Source of the DNA: an uncultured Candidatus Binatia bacterium
Lineage (GTDB): Bacteria > Desulfobacterota > Binatia > UBA9968 > CAXXLF01
Assembly (NCBI GenBank): GCA_965218425.1
Contig: OZ244621.1
Coordinates: forward strand, 2,592,001 to 2,656,000
Reading direction: 5' to 3'
Length of the DNA: 64,000 nt
Each line of letters starts with the position of its first letter. The stretch's first letter is position 1. The notes under the pieces are model-generated. The model was given only the letters and a program-made list of their open reading frames with translations. It was not told the origin of the DNA and ran no database searches. A program made the translations under genes and the position numbers. Shown here in pieces: positions 17,481 to 27,759 of the stretch.

Positions 17481-18971
17481 ATGAAACGTGCCCTTCTTTA
17501 TTTTTTCCCGCTTATCATTATCCTCGCCGCGGGCCTGTGGCTTCCATTCCAATTTGAGTGGCAGGCTCCAACCATAAGGATCAAGCTGGATACGGAACAC
17601 GTGGGCAACCGTCCTTTCTCCGTTGAAGTCAATGAAAAAGGCAGGGGTTTGAAAACGGTGTCTATTTCAATCCTTGCCGGAGGTCAAGAGCACCCCATTG
17701 TTGTCGAAAACTACGACGGATCGGTTAAGAAAAAAGACGTGGTTGTTTCCCTGTCCCGTGAAACCCCGAACCTGAAGGGGGGCCCCGCCGTTTTGCGAGT
17801 CACCGCCACGGACCGGTCCTATTGGAATCTTTTCAGGGGGAATACGGTGACGGTGGAAAAGAATGTAATTATTGATTTGATTCCACCACGTGTGCAAATA
17901 ATCGCTGGTGATCGGTACATCAATTTTGGTGGATCCGGTCTCATCATCTATCAAACCTCTCCCGACGCAGCAAGAAGCGGGGTTCAAATCGGTGAATATT
18001 TTTTTCCGGGATACAAAGGACCCCTGAAGACCCCGGATACCTATATGGCGTATTTCGCTCATCCCCATGACGTGCCAAAGGCAAAGGGGGCCATTGTGGC
18101 CGAGGACGCAGCGGGGAACTTCACGGAGCGAACGCTTTATTATGTTCTTAGAAACGTAAGAATTAAAAAGAAACGGGTAAAGATAACTGACAGACTAATT
18201 GAAAGGATGATGATCCCGCTCCTGGGAACGGGCACGGCCCAGGGAAAGAGTTTTAAAGAACTGTTCTTGGCGGTGAACCGAGACATGCGACGAGAAAGCA
18301 ATGCCAAAATCAAAGAGGTCGCCAGTCAATCCATAGATTCATTGCTCTGGGACTTACCCTTTCACCAGCTTTCGAATTCAAAGGTTGAGGCCAACTTTGC
18401 GGACCAGAGAACCTACACCTACAACGGTGAAGTCATCGATCAGGCCTATCACATGGGGTATGACCTGGCGGTGACAAAAAATTATCCCGTTGAAGCCGCC
18501 AACAACGGGGTGGTGGTGTTTGGTGGGGATTTGGGCATCTATGGGAACACGGTCATCATCGACCATGGATTGGGTTTGTTTACGCTTTACGGCCACATGA
18601 GTCTGATCAATGTCAAAAAGGGTGAGATGGTAAAACGCAAACAGATCATTGGCAAAACGGGTTCCTCTGGACTGGCCACGGGAGATCACTTGCATTACGA
18701 AACCATGCTACACGGGGTACCGGTACTGCCCCTTGAATGGTGGGACCGAAAGTGGGTGGATGAGAACATTCTCAGCAAGATTCGGTTCGTGATCAGCAAT
18801 CCACCCATGGTTTCACGAAGTCCGCAGGTTAAAAAAGCGGATAACCTCACCGTTCTGGATACCCTACAGCAAGTTCAACGCAAGGAAGAAGATCCGACGC
18901 CGTCTAACCTTCCGGAACAGCAACCCATCAAGGAAGGCTCCGAAGCTCAACATCCAATGGTCACACAGTGA
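17481..18971 (+). CDS. M23-family metallopeptidase, N-terminally anchored
   Basis: HMGYD (HxxxD), YGNTVIIDHG, HLH (HxH); the start could instead be 17448. Confidence 0.9.
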   Translation: MKRALLYFFPLIIILAAGLWLPFQFEWQAPTIRIKLDTEHVGNRPFSVEVNEKGRGLKTVSISILAGGQEHPIVVENYDGSVKKKDVVVSLSRETPNLKGGPAVLRVTATDRSYWNLFRGNTVTVEKNVIIDLIPPRVQIIAGDRYINFGGSGLIIYQTSPDAARSGVQIGEYFFPGYKGPLKTPDTYMAYFAHPHDVPKAKGAIVAEDAAGNFTERTLYYVLRNVRIKKKRVKITDRLIERMMIPLLGTGTAQGKSFKELFLAVNRDMRRESNAKIKEVASQSIDSLLWDLPFHQLSNSKVEANFADQRTYTYNGEVIDQAYHMGYDLAVTKNYPVEAANNGVVVFGGDLGIYGNTVIIDHGLGLFTLYGHMSLINVKKGEMVKRKQIIGKTGSSGLATGDHLHYETMLHGVPVLPLEWWDRKWVDENILSKIRFVISNPPMVSRSPQVKKADNLTVLDTLQQVQRKEEDPTPSNLPEQQPIKEGSEAQHPMVTQ

Positions 18972-19053
18972 ATCGGGTCATTCCTTGAGTTCGAATATAA
19001 AACCATGTTGAAGGACTTTCTCTTCAGGAGAGATAGCAGCCAGGAAAGTGTTT

Positions 19054-19242
19054 TTAATGCATGGAAGGAACGTCCATTTTCGTCTTAATCCATCTCTCCA
19101 GGATGATTCGTTTAAAGCGCCACTGATTACCGACCTTGAAAGCCGGCAGCTTTTTCTGTGACACCAAACGGTAGATGGTATACTTGTCTACCCTGAGGTA
19201 GCGAGCAACCTCTTCCGTGGTCATAAAATCTTCTCGTTCCAT
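19054..19242 (-). CDS. excisionase-family helix-turn-helix DNA-binding protein
   Basis: MTTEEVARYLRV...TIYRLV...LPAFKVGNQWRF. Confidence 0.9.
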   Translation of the reverse strand: MEREDFMTTEEVARYLRVDKYTIYRLVSQKKLPAFKVGNQWRFKRIILERWIKTKMDVPSMH

Positions 19243-19829
19243 AACAGACAATCAATGGGGGTCAGGGGTACTGGTGCACTCCGCCTGCCAAGCCACGGCA
19301 ACTTGCTACATTCGAATCGTGGCTGTCAACCCATCTTACAGGTCCTGAGAGGCGAATCTCAACGGAAGATTGAGACAGCAAATGAGGACTTTCACCTTGG
19401 AGCAGATAAGCACTTGATATCATTTCGCAATGTTGTCTGTGGCACCAGAGATTATGGCTGGCAATGAACCGAAGGGTTGACCCATACCTGTTGGCCAGGT
19501 TGATTTTATAACCGAACCAATGGCAACCGGTAATTTTCACTCCCAGCCAATCTTTGAGCCATTTTCGTTTGACGTAACCGTGCCGGTTGTCGGCCTTGCT
19601 CTAACTCTCCCATATTTTCAATTGAGTTCGTTACGACTGCGCGGAAAAGTCTTGCGCTGATCGTATTTTGATCGTTGCGGGGGTTGTCCCAACGGGCATC
19701 CGATCGCAATCGTGTGCGTCTTGGCCGTCAATCCATACGGGACCTTTAGGGTAGCTGCGAACTTCCGAACAAAACACCAGCCACGGCTGAAACTTCAGTC
19801 CCGGGAACACGCATCACGCGCTTAATATT

Positions 19830-19845
19830 GTCGGATCGGGGTTGA
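19830..19845. mobile_element. solo terminal repeat of the MITE-like element at 50092
   Basis: GTCGGATCGGGG+TTGA identical to 50198-50213. Confidence 0.6.
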
Positions 19846-19931
19846 CTGTGATCTCCTTCCGGTGCTAGTTTTCCTCCAGGCTGATTTTGGTCAACCAAGA
19901 GATTGAACAATAAGGAAAGGGGAATGTTTGC

Positions 19932-20315
19932 ATGGCTAAATTAAGAGAGATTATTACTGTACCTGGAATGCCCCATGGCGCCCCGATTCCCAATGGAGCG
20001 AAGATCGGCAACATGGTTTTCTCCTCTGCCATTGCTGGACGGGATGTGGAGAAAAAGGCGCTTCCTGACGACCCGGATGAGCAGGCGGCGGCAATGTTCA
20101 AAAACCTCAGGACCTTTATGCAAAACGCTGGGGGGACCCCGGATAACATCGCCCACATGACCGTGTTCATGAAGGATGAGAAATACCGCGACAACATAAA
20201 CAAGGAGTGGGAGAAGATGTTTCCCAATGAAGATGATCGACCCGCAAGGCATGCCCTCAAGGCGGAGTTGCGTGGGGCGATGCTTTTTCAAATTGAGGTC
20301 ATCGCTGTTCTTTGA
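19932..20315 (+). CDS. RidA/YjgF/UK114 family protein
   Basis: GNMVFSS, INKEWEKMFP..RPAR, QIEVIA. Confidence 0.9.
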   Translation: MAKLREIITVPGMPHGAPIPNGAKIGNMVFSSAIAGRDVEKKALPDDPDEQAAAMFKNLRTFMQNAGGTPDNIAHMTVFMKDEKYRDNINKEWEKMFPNEDDRPARHALKAELRGAMLFQIEVIAVL

Positions 20316-20423
20316 CCAACCCCTATCACCGCGCCATTTGATTCCATGATGGAACTAGGCGGTCTTTCGGCGAGTGGGGGAACTGACGAGTTTGTAGCAG
20401 GGTTCGGACATAGGAGGTAGTGA

Positions 20424-20948
20424 ATGAATCAAGAGATCGGTAAACAATTTCCGGATCTGGAGTTGCCGGATCAGGACAATAACAAGGTCAAGCTGTCCGC
20501 CATTGCCAATGGCCAGCCACTTTTTGTCACCTTCTATCGGGGTTACTGGTGACCGAAATGCCAGGTCCAGTTACGGAACCTGACACAGATCCAGGAAGAG
20601 TTTCGCATAGGCTATAGCAAGCTTGCAGTTATCAGCGTTGATCCGCCGGAGGTCAGCGCGGCATTCAGAGTCGGACTTGGGGCCACGTTTCCCTTTCTGA
20701 GCGACAAGGATAAGACGGCCATTGAGCAATTGGATATCGTGAATATCTCGAAAGGTCATGATAACGTGCCGGGTCGCGGCGCCATCGCCATTCCTTATTC
20801 TTTTACTCTGATGCCGGACTTTACGGTCCATAACATCTACAACGGTTATTGGTTTTTTGGTCGCCCGACAGTGGAGGAGGTAAGACAGGATCTGCGCGAG
20901 ATTTTGAAGAAGTGCCGGCCGGACTACGATCTGCAACAGGGACAGTAA
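20424..20948 (+). CDS. peroxiredoxin-like (AhpC/TSA) selenoprotein with in-frame TGA = Sec43
   Basis: SD AGGAGG 20412-20417, ATG 20424. FPDLELPDQ...FYRGYW-TGA(20550-20552)-PKC, then ISVD and FPFLSD in the same frame to TAA 20948. Confidence 0.9.
20559..20585 (+). promoter_or_regulatory. bacterial SECIS-like hairpin
   Basis: CAGGT-CC / loop AGTTAC / GG-A-ACCTG. The apical loop starts about 17 nt after the UGA, with G at loop position 2. Confidence 0.65.
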
Positions 20949-21075
20949 GGTTGCCCTGCAGACCCAAAGGCCCTGCCCTGAAATAGATTAGACGCATGGT
21001 AGCCGGGACAAGGGGGGTAAAAGGCAGGCAGTTCTGAGATCACTTAGAAGTAGGGGGTTACTATCAGCAGTTTTT

Positions 21076-21113
21076 AAAGAGCGAGGTCATTCATCTGACC
21101 TCGCTCTTTTTTT
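21076..21113. terminator. intrinsic terminator, probably bidirectional
   Basis: 14-bp stem AAAGAGCGAGGTCA / TGACCTCGCTCTTT plus a T tract, between convergent genes. Confidence 0.85.
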
Positions 21114-21147
21114 ACCTAGCCGGTGACTGGGGCTCTCTAACTAAGAA

Positions 21148-22293
21148 CTAGCGCCTCGGCGTTCCACCACCCTTGAGCCACAGATCATTCCAGAACTCAT
21201 AAACCTTGGGCAGCACAGTGGTCTCAAGAGCTGGTTCTCTATAACTCATCCTTCTACCAAGGATCTGGTCGGGCCAGGGATTGAACTCACGGCGCATAAG
21301 GTCCTGCCGAACAGGGGGAATATTTCCGGCAAGCCAGTTGGAAATTTGACCTTCCTTGCTCAACATCCAGTTCATGAAGATCCTGGCGGCGTGGGTATTG
21401 GGGGATTTCTTGAGAATAATGGCCTCTTCCAGTGCGACGGGTACCGGTTCGGGGCATGTGTATCCAATGGGTGCTCCCCGCAAGGCAATCTGCTTCGTTC
21501 GTGCTTCGCCCGCCGGTACGGCTCCATGCATCTCACCGGCTGCCACCAACTGTCCGACGGCGTTCATGCCCTCCTTGCGAAGCTGCGGTTTCAGTTCTTT
21601 AAACAGCCGGGTTAAGAAGTTCTTCGTCCAGCTGGCTCCCTCCGAGTTCCACAGTTGCAAGGCCCAGAGGTTGGGACGATTTCCCAGACCCAGATTCCCG
21701 TTGCCCCATCTGGGGTGGATGAGGCCATCCCAGGTTTTTGGTAAATCCTTTTTTTTGACCAATCGGGTGTTGTACGACAGGCACCAGTATCGTGTGTTGA
21801 TGCCGGTCCAAAGACCGTTGGGGTCCCTGGCTTGCTTGGGCAATCTATTGACTGCGGGGATGATACGTAGATCCTGTACTGCGTTTGCGGCCTTCCATTG
21901 AAGAAAGGTCCCCCCCACGCCAAATACGATATCGGTCCCAATCCGCCCGGCTCTATAGGCGATAATGATTCTAACCTTTTGCCTGCGGCTCACCACATTA
22001 TGAGTCGTGGAGATAAAGGGATATCGCTCCCTGAAAGGCGCGAGCAGCGTCTTGGCCTCTCTTGGTGTTGCGGTTGAGGTTACCTTGAGTTTTCCTTCTT
22101 TTTTTGCCTTTTCAATCCACTCTTGCGGGACTTTAAGGTCCTGGTCGAGCCCGGAAAGAATGGATGAGTCGAGTTTGAGCTTCTTGAGCATTTTCTGCGT
22201 TGCTTTCGGTAGTGGATCCGAAAGGGCATTGAGGGGCAGGGTCAGAGTGGCTACGAGGGCCAGAGAAAATAATATTGATCCGTTGAGCTTCAT
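21148..22293 (-). CDS. ABC extracellular solute-binding protein (Fe3+/polyamine/thiamine-like class), paralog 1
   Basis: Signal peptide after ATG 22293; YNTRLV..DLPKTW, PQLRKEGMN, NWMLSKEGQ. Confidence 0.9.
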   Translation of the reverse strand: MKLNGSILFSLALVATLTLPLNALSDPLPKATQKMLKKLKLDSSILSGLDQDLKVPQEWIEKAKKEGKLKVTSTATPREAKTLLAPFRERYPFISTTHNVVSRRQKVRIIIAYRAGRIGTDIVFGVGGTFLQWKAANAVQDLRIIPAVNRLPKQARDPNGLWTGINTRYWCLSYNTRLVKKKDLPKTWDGLIHPRWGNGNLGLGNRPNLWALQLWNSEGASWTKNFLTRLFKELKPQLRKEGMNAVGQLVAAGEMHGAVPAGEARTKQIALRGAPIGYTCPEPVPVALEEAIILKKSPNTHAARIFMNWMLSKEGQISNWLAGNIPPVRQDLMRREFNPWPDQILGRRMSYREPALETTVLPKVYEFWNDLWLKGGGTPRR

Positions 22294-22345
22294 AGATAAA
22301 AACGTCCTCCAAATTAATTTTAATTCAAACGAGCAAATGGCAAAT

Positions 22346-23446
22346 TCAAGTTTTAATGGCGCGACAACGGTCCGGGGGAAGTTCCAAATGAACCACATCT
22401 CCTGGAACCAGGGAAGAAGAGGGGTGGAGCTTCACCTTAATGCTCTGGCCTCCGGTGATGACTCGACACTCCAGCGTATCACCCATGAAGATCACGGCGT
22501 CCACGTTTGCATCTAGGATGTTGCCAGACGAGGAGGCGTTGTCGCTCACCAGGTTTGCGTCTTCGGGTCGCACGAGAATCACTACACTTTCTCCCACTCC
22601 AACGCCATCGGGGAGAGTGCATTTGAGCACGCCCCCGGAGGTTTTTACTTCACCAAATGAGCTGCCGTTTTCCGGCAACTGGTGAACCTTGCCTTCGAGG
22701 AAGTTGGCCAGTCCAATGAAGTTGGCCACAAACCGTTCCCGGGGAGCCTGGTAGATCTCATTGGGAGGCGCTTCCTGGGCAATCTGGCCCTGGTTGATCA
22801 CCGCCACCACGTCGGACATGGTCAGGGCCTCCAGCTGATCATGGGTCACATAGAGGGTGGTAATGTTCAAACGATTAACTAACTCACGCACCTCGAGACG
22901 AGTCTCCTCTCTGAGCTTAGCGTCCAGATTGCTGAGAGGTTCATCCAATAGCAACACCCGTGGCTCTTTCACCAGGGCGCGGGCCAGGGCCAGACGTTGC
23001 TGTTGCCCGCCGCTGAGAAACGGGGCGGGACGATCCTCCAGACCGCTTAATTGGACCAGAGAAAGCGCCTTGAGGACCTTTTCATGAATCTCCTTTTTGG
23101 AAAACCTGCGGCTCATTTCCTCCAGCGGGAAGGCGACGTTGTCGAATACCGTCATGTGAGGCCAGATGGCGTAGGACTGAAAGACCATGCCAATATCCCG
23201 CTTGTAGGGGGGGATGGAAATTCCCTTGGAAGAAGAAAAGACTAAATCATCGCCGATATAGATCTCCCCTTCTTCCGGTGTCTCCAAGCCGGCCACGGAC
23301 CTGAGGGTCGTGGTCTTACCGCATCCGCTTGGACCCAGCATGGTATAGAATTCACCCGGTTTGACCGTTAAGCTGATCCCACGCACGGCGTGGACCTCTC
23401 CCATGTCCGAGTGGTAGCGCATGTGGAGGTTTTCGATACGAATCAT
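22346..23446 (-). CDS. ABC transporter ATP-binding protein (PotA/FbpC-like, TOBE)
   Basis: GPSGCGKT, LSGGQQQR, LLLDEPLSNLD. Confidence 0.95.
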   Translation of the reverse strand: MIRIENLHMRYHSDMGEVHAVRGISLTVKPGEFYTMLGPSGCGKTTTLRSVAGLETPEEGEIYIGDDLVFSSSKGISIPPYKRDIGMVFQSYAIWPHMTVFDNVAFPLEEMSRRFSKKEIHEKVLKALSLVQLSGLEDRPAPFLSGGQQQRLALARALVKEPRVLLLDEPLSNLDAKLREETRLEVRELVNRLNITTLYVTHDQLEALTMSDVVAVINQGQIAQEAPPNEIYQAPRERFVANFIGLANFLEGKVHQLPENGSSFGEVKTSGGVLKCTLPDGVGVGESVVILVRPEDANLVSDNASSSGNILDANVDAVIFMGDTLECRVITGGQSIKVKLHPSSSLVPGDVVHLELPPDRCRAIKT

Positions 23447-23582
23447 TCAGTTCTCCCAAATCTTTGTTGCAGCCGAAATCCGTAAGGGAAACCACCCGGC
23501 GAATTATTTACAAACCCAGAATTATGGGTGTTCACTTGGAGATATCCGACCTCATTATTCTGAATTAGCGCCACCTTTGACC

Positions 23583-24743
23583 CTATCTCCTTCTGCGACG
23601 CGGTGCGCCACCGCCGCTCAGCCAGAGCTTGCTCCAGAACTTGGATAAATCCGGCATCACCTTCATTTCGAATTCACGATTCCTAAAGCTTTCTTCCCTG
23701 CCCAGAATCTGATCGCGGAAGGGGAGCATGTGTGCCCGGAGCTCGTCGCTTAGGGGGGTGGCGTACTCGAAAGCATATTGGGCGATTTGCCCTTCTATGC
23801 TTAGCAGCCAGTTTAAGAAAACCTTGGCCGTCGGCACATTGCCACCCCTTAAGATCACTGCGTCTTCCGTTGACGCTGGAACGGGCTCGGGGCAAGTAAA
23901 ACCGATGGGGGCGCCGTCCAATTTGAGCTGGTAGGGACGTTTGTTGTTTGACGGCATGGCGCCGTGAAATTCGCCCGCGGCAGTAAGTTGCGGCAAGACG
24001 TTCATGCCTTCTTTCCTAAGCTGGGGCTTCACCTCTGTAAATAGTCGCGTGATGAAGTTTTTGGTCCACTTCTCACCCTTGGCCGCCCACAGGGCGACAA
24101 AAACCAGTTGGGGGCGGTTTCCCAGGGCCAGATTGCCCCCCCGCCATTTAGGATTGGTGATGAGATCCTCCCATTTCTTCGGGAGATCCTGTTTCTTCAC
24201 CAAGCGGGTATTATACGACATGCACCAGAAGTTGCTGTTGATGCCCGTCCAAAGACCGCTTGGGTCCTTGGCCTTTGCGCCGATCCTTTGAACATTTGGA
24301 ACATCGCTGAGATCCACTAAAGCGCCGGCGGCCTTATACTCATGTATGAACCCGCCGATGCTGGTCATGAAATCCGCCAGGATGCGCCCGCTTTTATATG
24401 CCATCAGTGTTTTCACGGACCGGGTTTGTTGGTTCGTGCCGGAGAACTCGATTTCGATAAACGGGTAACGTTCTTTAAAGGGTCCTAGCAGGGTTCTCAA
24501 CTCGCTGGGCCGGGCGGGAGTGGATCTGATTCTAAGCTTTCCATTTGCCTTAGCCTTCTCAATCCATTCCTTGGGCATCTCCAGTTCCTGATCGATATTT
24601 GCCAGTAGGGAAGAGGAGAGATTAAACTGTTCTAATAGCTTCTGGGTGGCTTTTGGGAGAGGTGCGGAGAAACTTTTTTCCAGGGGTAGAAGGAAAAGGA
24701 CCAGCAACCAGAAGATTGCCATCAGGGTTTGCATTTTCTTCAT
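23583..24743 (-). CDS. ABC solute-binding protein, paralog 2
   Basis: Signal peptide; same motifs as paralog 1. Confidence 0.9.
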   Translation of the reverse strand: MKKMQTLMAIFWLLVLFLLPLEKSFSAPLPKATQKLLEQFNLSSSLLANIDQELEMPKEWIEKAKANGKLRIRSTPARPSELRTLLGPFKERYPFIEIEFSGTNQQTRSVKTLMAYKSGRILADFMTSIGGFIHEYKAAGALVDLSDVPNVQRIGAKAKDPSGLWTGINSNFWCMSYNTRLVKKQDLPKKWEDLITNPKWRGGNLALGNRPQLVFVALWAAKGEKWTKNFITRLFTEVKPQLRKEGMNVLPQLTAAGEFHGAMPSNNKRPYQLKLDGAPIGFTCPEPVPASTEDAVILRGGNVPTAKVFLNWLLSIEGQIAQYAFEYATPLSDELRAHMLPFRDQILGREESFRNREFEMKVMPDLSKFWSKLWLSGGGAPRRRRR

Positions 24744-24920
24744 TCCCGCTCTCCTTTCCCTTCACGCCCAAGAACGTAGCAGTATACTCGTGTATTACAC
24801 GGAACTGTATAAAGTCAAGCCCTTAAGATTTCGGCCTTTTTTAATTTTTCTCTTCCGAAGGCGGATATTTGACAATGCACCATGGTTCCCGTAAGAAGAT
24901 CCCAAAGGGGGAGTGATGTT

Positions 24921-26057
24921 ATGGCCGAAGAACAACATGATTTTTTAAGTCTCGCAAAGGCCTATGACCATTGGGTGGAATCCCACGGTGTGCCGGTTCA
25001 TGCGGGATATTACATCGAGGACCTGCGCGCTTTGGAGCTGGGTTGGTGGGAGGAACGTCAATGCAACGCGGCCTTTCTCAAACTCACGGGACAGGAAGGC
25101 ATAAGTGAAGCTCGAGTTACGCAGATCCCTGCCGGCAAAACGCTACCCCCCATGAGGTTCGCCCTGGACGAGATCATCTACGTGGTGGAGGGGCGAGGCC
25201 TCACCACGGTCTGGGGAGGCGAGGGAACTACCAAAAAAACTTTTGAATGGCAAAAGCACAGCATGTTTCTAATACCGCGGAATTCTTTTAGACAGCTCAG
25301 CAACATGCAGGGGAATAGTCCCGTCAGGCTGTTGCACTATAATTTCCTTCCCATCGCCATGTCCCTTACACCGGATCCCAATTTCTTTTTCAATAATTCT
25401 TTTGCAGCAGAGTTGAACGGTGTGGACGGTCCGGAAGAGGATTTTTACTCCCAAGCCAAAAGGGTCAAGGGTGGATTAGGGGGGCTTAGCAACCGGGACA
25501 TCTGGTATGGCAATTTCTTTCCGGATATGCGCAGTTGGGACAAGCTAAACGCTCAAACCGGCAGGGGCGGTGGTAGCAAAGTGGTCCATATCCGGTTTCC
25601 CAGTGCCACCATCAACTCTCACATGTCCGTCTTTCCGGCCCAGAGTTATAAAAAGGCCCATCGTCATGGACCAGGGGTCGTCATTGTGATTCCCACGGGT
25701 GAAGGCTACTCTATCATGTGGCAGGAGGGAAAGGACAAGATCGTTATCCCCTGGCACGAGGCCAGCGTTTTCGTGCCTCCCAACCGGTGGTTTCATCAAC
25801 ACTTCAATGTGGACTCAGCTCCCGCGCGGTACCTTGCCCTGCGCACCCCGTCCGCCTTGAGCGGCTACAGCGAGCGAGTGGAGGACAGAAAACGGGATCA
25901 AATCGAATATCCCGATGAGGATCCGTGGATCAAGGAAAGGTTCGAGCAGGAGCTTGCCAAAAAAGATCTCAAGTCCCTGATGCCGGTGGAGGCCTATCGC
26001 GACCGGGACTACGAGTGGGATTACCAGGCAAGCTCAACTGAATCCATTAAACCATAG
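24921..26057 (+). CDS. bicupin protein
   Basis: C-terminal KAHRHGPG...WFHQHFN; QIEYPDEDP; ATG 24921 after GGGGAG. Confidence 0.85.
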   Translation: MAEEQHDFLSLAKAYDHWVESHGVPVHAGYYIEDLRALELGWWEERQCNAAFLKLTGQEGISEARVTQIPAGKTLPPMRFALDEIIYVVEGRGLTTVWGGEGTTKKTFEWQKHSMFLIPRNSFRQLSNMQGNSPVRLLHYNFLPIAMSLTPDPNFFFNNSFAAELNGVDGPEEDFYSQAKRVKGGLGGLSNRDIWYGNFFPDMRSWDKLNAQTGRGGGSKVVHIRFPSATINSHMSVFPAQSYKKAHRHGPGVVIVIPTGEGYSIMWQEGKDKIVIPWHEASVFVPPNRWFHQHFNVDSAPARYLALRTPSALSGYSERVEDRKRDQIEYPDEDPWIKERFEQELAKKDLKSLMPVEAYRDRDYEWDYQASSTESIKP

Positions 26058-26093
26058 ACACGGAAAGCCGGTTCGGTCTGACGGAAGGCGAAT

Positions 26094-26261
26094 CTAGGGC
26101 TCGACCCTGAGTGGTGGCCGTGGATTTCCTTCTCTTGCCGTAAACTCGCGGGAGCAAAAGGGGCACTGGCACGGCGCATCCGGGTTTCCTGCATACTCGG
26201 CGCGCTCCACGTAAAACTCCCCCTGACATGCCGGGCAATTCACATAGCTTACTTTGTCCAT
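26094..26261 (-). CDS. 55-aa CxxC/CxxC zinc-ribbon protein
   Basis: MDKVSYVNCPACQGEFYVERAEYAGNPDAPCQCPFCSREFTAREGNPRPPLRVEP*; starts 9 nt after the UbiD stop. Confidence 0.8.
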   Translation of the reverse strand: MDKVSYVNCPACQGEFYVERAEYAGNPDAPCQCPFCSREFTAREGNPRPPLRVEP

Positions 26262-26270
26262 GATTATTCT

Positions 26271-27674
26271 TTACCGATAGGTTCCTTTCCCGTTGGGTAG
26301 ATAATCTTTCAGTTGGATTCGGTCCATCACCTCCTGTGGGATGAACGAGCGCTGTTCGTAAACCGCTGGAGGACATGGAATGGTGCAATCAATTCCTGCC
26401 CGGGTACCCAAACCCCGGCCCGTGGTGGTTGGTTCCAGATTGCTGGCGTGGAGGTTGGGGACCACGATGAGATCCTTGGCCCAATCGGAACGGGTATCGA
26501 TGGCCCACTGCACCTCCTGCTCGTCCCAGATATCCACGTCTTCATCAAATACGAAGCAGTGTTTAATACCGTCCTGTAGAGACAGGGCGGCCATGATTGC
26601 CATGCGCGGTTGGGAGTCATGGGTCTTTCGTATCTGGACGTACATGTGATGTGGGGCAGGCATGGGTCGGTAGACGTTTAGGAGTTGCGGGACCACACGC
26701 TTAACCGCTTCGTAGACGGAACCTTCTCTGCGCAACGCCCCGATTTGATCGTCGGCATAACCGGTGAGGATTGAGACCCAATGGGCGTTTTCCCGGTGGC
26801 TGATGCAGGTGACTTCCATATAGGGATTGAGTCGCTGGGCGCCAAAATATCTGGTGTATTCTCCAAAGGGACCCTCCGGTTTCAGCTTGCCCCGCGGCAC
26901 GATCCCTTCGATGACGAATTCAGCATCCGCGGGAACCAAAAAGTCATCCCCCAGTGTCTCTGAAGGGACCAACCGCAATGGCTCACCCATGCAGCCGCCG
27001 GCTGTATCCCAGTGACTCAGTGGATATCCCATCTTCGCTTCTGCTCCCATGCATACCCCAGGGTGATGACCGGTCCAGTAGGCCACCCGGGCGTCCTCGC
27101 CGCGTTCCTCCCACTTGCGAATGTTCCAGCGGTTGTGGCTGGCGCGATTGGGGAAGATGCGAAGCTCCTTTTGACCCAACAACCAGCCGCGCTGTAGGGC
27201 ACAGTTGTCGACGCCAGTTTCCGGGTCGTAGGTGGTCAAAAAACCGGCGGAGACATAAGGGCCTGGATCCCAGGCGGCGTGAATCAAGCCGGGAATTTCC
27301 TGCAGGTTGACCGAGTCGCCCGTTTTCACCACCTGTTTTACCAATGCTTCGCTACGGTTAACCACCACGGGTTTGATCCGTTTGGCCCGCATCTCGTAGA
27401 GGTCACGACCCAATTTTTCGAAAGTCGATCCCACTGCAAGGGCGGACCGTTGTCGGGATGCAAAGAGGTTCGTGACCACGGGAAAAGGAGAGATGTTCCC
27501 ATCCGCTCTTCTCAGGCGGTGAAAGATGAAGACCGGCGTTTCACGCAGTTCCTTCTGGGCCTTGAGGGTGATGGCAGAGGCGTCCCATTTGGCATTGACC
27601 TCCTGTTCCACATGAACCACAAGGTCAGGGTTGGTCTCTTCATATTTACGCAGGAACGTCTGCAAATCTTTCAT
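26271..27674 (-). CDS. UbiD-family prFMN-dependent (de)carboxylase
   Basis: DPGPY, NCALQR, VPADAEFVIEG, EGPFGEYT, FDEDVDI, WAIDTR. Confidence 0.95.
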   Translation of the reverse strand: MKDLQTFLRKYEETNPDLVVHVEQEVNAKWDASAITLKAQKELRETPVFIFHRLRRADGNISPFPVVTNLFASRQRSALAVGSTFEKLGRDLYEMRAKRIKPVVVNRSEALVKQVVKTGDSVNLQEIPGLIHAAWDPGPYVSAGFLTTYDPETGVDNCALQRGWLLGQKELRIFPNRASHNRWNIRKWEERGEDARVAYWTGHHPGVCMGAEAKMGYPLSHWDTAGGCMGEPLRLVPSETLGDDFLVPADAEFVIEGIVPRGKLKPEGPFGEYTRYFGAQRLNPYMEVTCISHRENAHWVSILTGYADDQIGALRREGSVYEAVKRVVPQLLNVYRPMPAPHHMYVQIRKTHDSQPRMAIMAALSLQDGIKHCFVFDEDVDIWDEQEVQWAIDTRSDWAKDLIVVPNLHASNLEPTTTGRGLGTRAGIDCTIPCPPAVYEQRSFIPQEVMDRIQLKDYLPNGKGTYR

Positions 27675-27759
27675 ATCCGCTCCTCAATCTGCTTGTAAAG
27701 TCTTTTGTCCATCTAACTCATATCCGAAATCGTTGCTGGCGTCTACCTTCAACCAGTGG

